A DNA stretch of 64,000 nt from a virus (Duplodnaviria > Caudoviricetes), in the IMG/VR virus record IMGVR_UViG_3300042731_008397, positions 68,055-132,054 of that record; one strand, written 5' to 3'. Positions 57,754 to 64,000 of the stretch are shown one piece after another. Both the position numbers and the translations under genes were made by a program. Below the pieces are notes generated by a model that ran no database searches, had not been told where the DNA came from, and was given only the letters and a program-made list of their open reading frames with translations. Position 1 is the stretch's first letter; each line of letters opens with the position of its first letter.

Positions 57754-58132
57754 AAGATTTTCTCCGGATCAAGGCAATTACTATGCGGGCAAATACTTCC
57801 ATGAACACAAAGAAATAGGCGAAATTGATTGCCGTTGTAAAAATAGCTTTACTATCGTTTCGTTTTAACTGTGCCTCGGTTGTTTCGACTACTTCTAATT
57901 CACTAATTACCGCATTTCCCAGTTGGGTATTTAAGGCAACAAGGAGCTTAGGATCAATGTCGTTACTTACCGCAAGTTGAAATTTACTCCCGTTACTCAG
58001 AGTAAAGACCAGTTCCTGGGTTTTTTCAGTTTCATCTTTATACCGGAAGGACCAATCATTATCGCATCCTGTAAATAAAAGAATAAACACAATTATTACA
58101 CAACATTCTAAAGATATTTTTAATTTAATCAT
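57740..58132 (-). CDS. Lipoprotein with a C-terminal TM helix
   Basis: Lipobox LLFTG-C from the ATG at 58132; C-terminal hydrophobic helix followed by RRK. Confidence 0.55.
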   Translation of the reverse strand: MIKLKISLECCVIIVFILLFTGCDNDWSFRYKDETEKTQELVFTLSNGSKFQLAVSNDIDPKLLVALNTQLGNAVISELEVVETTEAQLKRNDSKAIFTTAINFAYFFVFMEVFARIVIALIRRKSYAKS

Positions 58133-58706
58133 TCGATTTTGTAATAAGTTCATAAAATTGTGGGGCTGTTCGTCTAAACCATCTATACCGTAATCCTTTT
58201 CCTTTTTGGTGGTCAATACTAACTCTTGCATGGGTTGCTGTTAACTCGATGACCGTATAAATAATCTTCCCATACATTCCATGCCATTGTTGCCCGAGTT
58301 CAAGATTATTAGAATTATCTATTTTCTTTGAAAAGTATGCCTGTTTCGCTTCTGAGATTTGTCTTGCTGTTTCACCATCTATTCCATGTAACGTTCCCAT
58401 TTTATCATCTATTTCCTTGAATTCCGGGGGTTTTGGCTCAAAATATGGACAGGCAAAAAAGAGAGATTCCCCGTTGTGCCCATCACGGAGACATGTTCCG
58501 TACCAGATTCCCCATCCTGCGAGGTCTGTCAATGCTTGCCCGCGTATAATCTCGGTGTCTTTTAATGACTCAGGCGGCGTATGCTGAAAAAACCCGCCTT
58601 CAACCGTTTCTCTAAAAAGAGGAATGGGCATCAGTGTATAACGGTCGAGATCATAACAGCTTTTGGTGATCCCAACAAGCACATATTCCCGTTGATCGGG
58701 GCTCAA
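58125..58706 (-). CDS. Hypothetical protein
   Basis: Operon context. Confidence 0.45.
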   Translation of the reverse strand: MSPDQREYVLVGITKSCYDLDRYTLMPIPLFRETVEGGFFQHTPPESLKDTEIIRGQALTDLAGWGIWYGTCLRDGHNGESLFFACPYFEPKPPEFKEIDDKMGTLHGIDGETARQISEAKQAYFSKKIDNSNNLELGQQWHGMYGKIIYTVIELTATHARVSIDHQKGKGLRYRWFRRTAPQFYELITKSND

Positions 58707-58715
58707 AAGTAATGT

Positions 58716-58991
58716 TCACACTTTTTCTCTAACGTTAACTTTGTACCCGATAAAATTATCAAGATTGCTAACTATAGTTAACCCTCCGTCAGGGTCATTG
58801 CTTTCTGCCATCATTCCAACAACTTTTTGATATGTAAACTTGTCGGTTTTTTCGTACCAACTGATTAAAGCCCAACAGATGACAGTCTCCTCTGAGGGGG
58901 GTTCATCAGTCATTTCAAATAATGCCACTACCCCTTGAGCAGGAATTATTTGTAATATTTGATATTCTTCAAAATAGAGTTTATCTTCCAT
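58716..58991 (-). CDS. Hypothetical phage protein
   Basis: GAGGT RBS; ILQIIPA..ICWAL motif. Confidence 0.6.
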   Translation of the reverse strand: MEDKLYFEEYQILQIIPAQGVVALFEMTDEPPSEETVICWALISWYEKTDKFTYQKVVGMMAESNDPDGGLTIVSNLDNFIGYKVNVREKV

Positions 58992-59008
58992 ATTGTACCT
59001 CTACGTGA

Positions 59009-59194
59009 TTACCAGAGTGGAATAACTACAATCCACCCGAATTTCGTTAATCGTTCAATGCTAAAACATGCTTCCGGCCAGACCGATAATAGGGATCTCC
59101 GTTGACAACGGGCAAGCATAATTCTTCCATGATACCCGCAAACAAAGCCTTCATCTGTTGTCACTCTATATTCGGGCATATTAAGGCTCATCAA
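59009..59194 (-). CDS. Small hypothetical protein
   Basis: Overlaps the upstream gene. Confidence 0.35.
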   Translation of the reverse strand: MMSLNMPEYRVTTDEGFVCGYHGRIMLARCQRRSLLSVWPEACFSIERLTKFGWIVVIPLW

Positions 59195-59669
59195 TCTTTT
59201 CTTCTATGACATCATACTGGGATTCCCAACCACGCCGGGCGACTTCTTTAAGGATTGGTGTATCTTCACATAAAAGTAACCGCTGTAAATTTTGGGCTAT
59301 TTCTCTCCCGATTTCAGCGGACGGTCCAATGTTACAAGGATGTCGGAGCGCCAGTTGTAACAATGAGAACAGAATCCATGCCCGAGGCCACGTTAGGGCT
59401 AAGGGCAATGTCAGGTTTTTGTTAGCCATTAGTTCAAATTCTTTGTGGAACTCTTCATGAGTAATACGCCCGTCAATACGTTCCTCACTCAAGTCTCCGG
59501 TCGGTTTTTGAATATCGGTAAAGGAAAAATTTTTGAGAATCAATAACAATGTTTCCCGGTGTTCGGGTGCAAAGTTTTCGTCAAATTCAAAAGAACCAAT
59601 CGGTTGCCCCGATTCTGTTGTCAGGTACACTAATTCCAAGACATCCGGATCAATTTGAATACAAATCAT
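59181..59669 (-). CDS. Hypothetical protein
   Basis: AAGGAG RBS; ATGA overlap. Confidence 0.6.
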   Translation of the reverse strand: MICIQIDPDVLELVYLTTESGQPIGSFEFDENFAPEHRETLLLILKNFSFTDIQKPTGDLSEERIDGRITHEEFHKEFELMANKNLTLPLALTWPRAWILFSLLQLALRHPCNIGPSAEIGREIAQNLQRLLLCEDTPILKEVARRGWESQYDVIEEKIDEP

Positions 59670-60019
59670 GATAGGTTCTCCTTTTCATGTTCTAACGGGC
59701 GTATCAATGAGATATTATGAATATATTTCATTGAAAAGTCCCGTTTTTTGTTCTTTTTCATATATTGACATACCAATGCTGTAAACCGTATCCGGTAATA
59801 AGCAGGAATATAGCCAAGTTCATTTTCAAACGGAAAACGGGGTAACCAGAGATGATCCGCGATAACCGTTCCTGTTTCAACGTCAATAACATTTATAAAA
59901 AGCAGCCGTAATTTCCTGAGACGTTTCCGCTTTTTCCCAGTTTCTGCTAATCCCATCCGAACAAACGTTCCAAGAAATGTCCGATATTCGCCTAAATACG
60001 GTTGTAATTCGTCTCTCAT
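59666..60019 (-). CDS. Hypothetical basic phage protein
   Basis: ADHLW...IRFTALV.QY motif. Confidence 0.6.
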   Translation of the reverse strand: MRDELQPYLGEYRTFLGTFVRMGLAETGKKRKRLRKLRLLFINVIDVETGTVIADHLWLPRFPFENELGYIPAYYRIRFTALVCQYMKKNKKRDFSMKYIHNISLIRPLEHEKENLS

Positions 60020-60029
60020 TCACGATTAT

Positions 60030-60320
60030 CTATGCCCAAAGTTCAGGACACTCCCAAATACCAAGGTCTTTAGCTTTTTGAGTAATAAGATCGGCTTGTG
60101 TACCATATCCCCATAAGTCGGCATCAGTTAATTGATCCTGGCTACTGATTTTTTGTCCTCTGTCAATAAACCCGTCAAGATACATCTTTAATGCCTCAAC
60201 GTAGTTAACGGCGTTTTCGCCTACCGTTTCAGCATATTCTTTCAATTCGTTTACTGTCTGTTGTCTATCGGTTTTAATCATTGCTTTAAAATATGTCTCT
60301 GGCGTTCTCAGAGACGCCAC
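60030..60320 (-). CDS. Hypothetical protein
   Basis: Start uncertain (overlaps element A copy 8). Confidence 0.5.
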   Translation of the reverse strand: MASLRTPETYFKAMIKTDRQQTVNELKEYAETVGENAVNYVEALKMYLDGFIDRGQKISSQDQLTDADLWGYGTQADLITQKAKDLGIWECPELWA

Positions 60321-60393
60321 ACGCTATTTTATAGACATGTCTCCTATGTTCATAGGGGTTGACTCTCCGAGTCCGTAGAAACAAAATTTGGCA
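60295..60393 (+). repeat. Dispersed element A, copy 8
   Basis: ctctggcgttctcagagacgcc...cctatgttcataggggttgactctccgagtccgtagaaacaaaatttggca. Confidence 0.85.
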
Positions 60394-60400
60394 TCTATTT

Positions 60401-61075
60401 TTAGATCATTCCGTCTTCCCGCCTGAAATCGGGGAGCGGGCGATGTTCCTGTGGAGTATAGAGAAACAACGAATACGTCACGCCTTCTTCCGCATCAGGC
60501 GGGAAAACTTGGTAAGCAACATGTTCTTTTCCGACAAATGCCCGTTTGACTTGAGTTAAATCCGCATGTTTCGGGTATTTATCGTTTCTTCCTACTAAAA
60601 TAATTCTCCAAGAAACTCTTTTGAATTCTTTTGTAGTGACGGCGATTCTCAGCCTTTTCTTTTTCCAAAAAGAGCGTATTTGCTGGTCAAATTCTTTGCA
60701 AGAATCCCCGGATTGACTACGCCATTCAATCGGTAAAGAGTCTGTTAATTTCCCGTCAAGCGGAGAAAATAAATGTAGACAATACGGATGCACATTTACC
60801 TTTTCCTTGTCTGGCGGGAAAACATGAACCGCCGCGTTATTATGCCCTGCAAAAATACGTCTGACCTGTTGTAATTCGGGATAAATCGGGCACCGGCTTC
60901 GATAAGATACGGAAAAATGTCTCCATCGTTTCCCGTTATGCAGTTCTATTCCTACCATAATGTGCATATTCCGAACGGTGGCGAAACAACGGGTATATGG
61001 TGAAATAGGCGGCGTCTCTTGCCAGTTTGCGGGCAGGATATACGTTTCAAAATTTGCTTGTGTCGTGTATTCCAT
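60401..61075 (-). CDS. Phage protein with a tandemly duplicated domain
   Basis: WRHFSVS..CP.YPELQQVRRIF...HVFPP repeated as WRIILVG..YPKHADLTQVKRAF...QVFPP. Confidence 0.7.
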   Translation of the reverse strand: MEYTTQANFETYILPANWQETPPISPYTRCFATVRNMHIMVGIELHNGKRWRHFSVSYRSRCPIYPELQQVRRIFAGHNNAAVHVFPPDKEKVNVHPYCLHLFSPLDGKLTDSLPIEWRSQSGDSCKEFDQQIRSFWKKKRLRIAVTTKEFKRVSWRIILVGRNDKYPKHADLTQVKRAFVGKEHVAYQVFPPDAEEGVTYSLFLYTPQEHRPLPDFRREDGMI

Positions 61076-61076
61076 G

Positions 61077-63587
61077 TTATTTCACCTTATTGGCAAGAAA
61101 TTGACCAAGCGCCTTCACCGGATCATATCCTTTTAACGGGGCTCCGTCCGCTGCTTGCTTAAAGATTTCTGCTTTGGCTGCTAACATGTCGGCAAACCAA
61201 TCATCTATTGTGCCTGCCGCGTGCATATTGTAAATGAAGACGGTTTTTGTCTGCCCGATGCGGTGTAGCCTATCTTGGGCTTGTTCCATTTGCTTTGGAG
61301 AATAGAGATATTCCACAAAGATCGCCTGAGCTGCCGCGTGTAATTCGATTGCCATTTGACACGCTGAAACTGAGGCTGCCATAACCCGATATTTCGGGTT
61401 GGTTTGAAACTTTTGACGGGCTTCCTCTCGTTTCTTTTCAGAGTCTTTTCCGAAATAGTGAACTGCCGTGCCCCGTTTCATGGCTTTATAGAGTTCTTCT
61501 TGAACTTTGATGTGATACCCGAAAATGACCAACTTCTCTTCTTCTTCAGATTCCAAGAAGTTTTCAATCCAGTCCTGAGCGGCTTCAATCTTCCCGAAAC
61601 CGACCAATTGACGGAGTTTATTCAATCGAACCAATGCCTCTGCGCGGTTCTCTTTGTTAACTGGATTTATAGCGAACCATTCAACCTCTTCTGCCTCTGC
61701 AAGGCGATATTCTTCCATATTGGATAGCTCTACCGGAATATCCACAAACATTTTAGGTGGTAGCTCCGGGAGTACCTCAGCCTTCTTTCGGCGGATATAA
61801 CAATGTTGCCGTAGAATTCGGTTGAGTTTACCCATGTTTGAACTGCCTGACGTATCCCAAATAACTTTGAACCCAGGAACAACCATGTGGGCCCGCTTTT
61901 CACCGTTCCAGCGTGATTCCGGGATTTTTTTGATTAAGGCTTTCCCTTCTTCATCCTTATACGGACAAGACAAGTAATATGCTGTAAATTGTCCAACAAC
62001 CGTTCCTTTCTTTACCCAGTCAACGGTGTCAGTGTTCCATGACCGCTGCCCTTTTTCAAATTCAGGAAGCACCGTGTCAAGGATGGCCCGCTGCTTTATC
62101 CGGATCGCCTTTTTGATCGGGATAAAGTCAAGTTTAGCGGCACAAAACTCCCTCACGAAATTCTGCCAGTTCCCGAATAATTCGTCAAACCGCCCCAAAA
62201 TCTTCAAAAGTTCTATGTATTCATTGACCCGGTTTTCGATTGGAGTCCCAGTCATTTCAATGATGACCTCTTGCTTCTTGACAAGTTTCTTAGCCGCCTT
62301 AGTTCTTAGGGCTTTGGCGTTCTTGAGTTTATGAGCCTCATCTATAACAATTGCCTGAAATTTGACCTTTTTCAGGGCATCTACCCAAAATCTCAAGACA
62401 TCATAATTGATAATAACATAATCCACTTGAGGTACAGAATACGGCGTTTGTCCTGATAAGACAACCGATGTCTTACCGGGCGTCCAGAGATTAATTTCTT
62501 GTTGCCACTTCAATTTAGCACTCTTTGGACAGATGACCAATACCGGGAACTTTCGGAGATATGAAACCGTAACAATAGATTCTACCGTTTTTCCTAACCC
62601 CATGCTGTCGGCAATTATTAATCGTTTATGCTGGACAGCATACGATATGCCAACATGTTGGTATCCCCGAATTTTGTCATGACCAGAGATAATTGTCGAA
62701 ATATCTAAGCTTTCTCCGTCCTTTGCATGGGAATCCTTCTCTGAAGTTGCCTGATCTTTTGCAAGTTCAAGAACAGCTTGATCAAACTTAAACCCGCCAA
62801 TTCGTTGTAAAAACGGGAGGACTGACTGTAATTGACCAATAGAAATCTCCCATTGAAAGAGTGCCTTATTCCAGAAATTTCCTTGAATGGTCTTTATAAA
62901 GCGATAAAGTTCCGGGAATTGGTCATCTTGTTTGTCCCACTGAATACCGATTTTATCCCCGCATAAAACAACTTTCCGGTCTTTGACGTGATAAACTGGA
63001 CGAACTGATTGAGGCGGGGTCTTTATGAGAGTTCCCGGATCTCCGTCCAAGGTAAACCCAAATTGCTTAACTATCGGGAGAATTCGGGAATCCCATAGAT
63101 AAGCGGGAATTTGCCAGCCCTGCCCGTTACCCAAATATCGGGATTCTCTGATTTGTTTAACTTTCGTCTTGATCTGTCCAAAACTTTTATCATTATAGTT
63201 CCACTGAAGGACAACAACAGCCTTTCGTAGTACCGCGATTCGGGGAAATTGCATAACCTGTAATGGACTTAATTTGTATGGTTTCGGAATGCGGTCAAAG
63301 GCAACCCCATAGTCCTCTAACTGGGTTTTATACTTATAGACTCGGAAATAGGCAAGCTGTGTTTCATAGAGACCCCATGACCGGGGATCGGACATCGCCA
63401 TTGACTTTCCCCATTGAGAGTCAGGCTGATTAAATCCTTGCCCATCTTCCCGTATTGCCCCGTCACAAGCGGAGGCTAATAGCTGAAGGCATCTATGTAC
63501 TTGAATGGCAATCGGGCGGTATACCTTTTCCTCTATGATTGGTTGGGCGGTTTCGCCCAGTGTCATTTGATTTCTCATAAAGACCAC
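61077..63587 (-). CDS. SNF2-family (HARP/SMARCAL1-like) helicase
   Basis: ADSMGLGKT, IDEAH, MTGTPIEN, QAQDRLHRIGQ; HARP-like W-containing repeats; N-terminal CDGA..DGQGFN. Confidence 0.9.
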   Translation of the reverse strand: MVFMRNQMTLGETAQPIIEEKVYRPIAIQVHRCLQLLASACDGAIREDGQGFNQPDSQWGKSMAMSDPRSWGLYETQLAYFRVYKYKTQLEDYGVAFDRIPKPYKLSPLQVMQFPRIAVLRKAVVVLQWNYNDKSFGQIKTKVKQIRESRYLGNGQGWQIPAYLWDSRILPIVKQFGFTLDGDPGTLIKTPPQSVRPVYHVKDRKVVLCGDKIGIQWDKQDDQFPELYRFIKTIQGNFWNKALFQWEISIGQLQSVLPFLQRIGGFKFDQAVLELAKDQATSEKDSHAKDGESLDISTIISGHDKIRGYQHVGISYAVQHKRLIIADSMGLGKTVESIVTVSYLRKFPVLVICPKSAKLKWQQEINLWTPGKTSVVLSGQTPYSVPQVDYVIINYDVLRFWVDALKKVKFQAIVIDEAHKLKNAKALRTKAAKKLVKKQEVIIEMTGTPIENRVNEYIELLKILGRFDELFGNWQNFVREFCAAKLDFIPIKKAIRIKQRAILDTVLPEFEKGQRSWNTDTVDWVKKGTVVGQFTAYYLSCPYKDEEGKALIKKIPESRWNGEKRAHMVVPGFKVIWDTSGSSNMGKLNRILRQHCYIRRKKAEVLPELPPKMFVDIPVELSNMEEYRLAEAEEVEWFAINPVNKENRAEALVRLNKLRQLVGFGKIEAAQDWIENFLESEEEEKLVIFGYHIKVQEELYKAMKRGTAVHYFGKDSEKKREEARQKFQTNPKYRVMAASVSACQMAIELHAAAQAIFVEYLYSPKQMEQAQDRLHRIGQTKTVFIYNMHAAGTIDDWFADMLAAKAEIFKQAADGAPLKGYDPVKALGQFLANKVK

Positions 63588-63660
63588 CTCCTCTCTCTAT
63601 ATTTTTTGATAAAACTTGGTTTAGTTCGTTCATAATATTCTCCTTTTCATGTAGACCTCC

Positions 63661-63864
63661 TTACGGGGCAGTCGGGAATGTCTTATTATGTTCCTGACTA
63701 TGCCCGTAAGGAAGAGTTTGCCTACAATTGCTACATACAACATATTGATTTTTAGCCGATCTATGGGGAGATACGGCCTTAACAATGTAATGCCTGTCAG
63801 GTTTCAGGCCCCAGTACCTGGGCATCACCTCCTTTGTTGCCCAAGTACATTTCAATGTCTTCAT
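63661..63864 (-). CDS. Small hypothetical protein
   Basis: CSNC; weak support. Confidence 0.3.
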   Translation of the reverse strand: MKTLKCTWATKEVMPRYWGLKPDRHYIVKAVSPHRSAKNQYVVCSNCRQTLPYGHSQEHNKTFPTAP

Positions 63865-63932
63865 CCGAAGGCATTAAAACTTGATCAATCGGGAGTACCT
63901 GGGCACTTTCCGTATTATATCCGAAAGAGATA

Positions 63933-64000
63933 TTGACATCCTCCCAGGGCTGAAGCACCTGGGATTCCTTCCTGGTTCGTCGTGTCACCTACCGGCAACA
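63933..64000 (-). mobile_element. Right end/omegaRNA of a second copy of element 1 (continues beyond the window)
   Basis: 68 nt identical by eye to the reverse complement of 4659-4726. Confidence 0.88.

Noticed and set aside
1-64000. Stop-codon reassignment, DGR/retron, tRNA genes
   Set aside because: Conserved genes are full length in code 11; no reverse transcriptase or TR/VR pair was seen; no cloverleaf was recognised by eye (tRNAscan was not run)

Overview
The window is part of a large tailed-phage or phage-plasmid genome read in the standard code. Morphogenesis genes (protease/scaffold, decoration protein, HK97-like major capsid, probable portal, neck proteins, tape measure, fibre/collar proteins) are scattered on both strands. 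Replication and recombination genes include DnaB, DnaG, SbcC/SbcD, a HARP/SNF2 helicase, RuvC and a wHTH initiator with an iteron-rich origin. There is also a ParM/ParR-like partition pair, signalling genes (PAS-HD-GYP, a membrane-anchored receiver, a PAS sensor), three intact tnpB-only IS200/IS605 elements and the end of a fourth. The most striking signals are non-coding. (1) Four dispersed copies of a ~145-180 nt covarying, pseudoknotted RNA resemble the IscB/IsrB omegaRNA (HEARO) scaffold, with no iscB gene in the window; one has an origin iteron where the guide would sit. (2) A stand-alone TnpB-type omegaRNA has its own sigma70 promoter, an ~18-nt guide and a closing hairpin. (3) A ~100-bp palindromic DNA element occurs eight times. 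Several fibre-like proteins also carry Sec-type signal peptides. All family assignments were made by eye from motifs; no database search was run. No terminase, TnpA, IscB, tRNA or CRISPR array was recognised, and the host cannot be determined.
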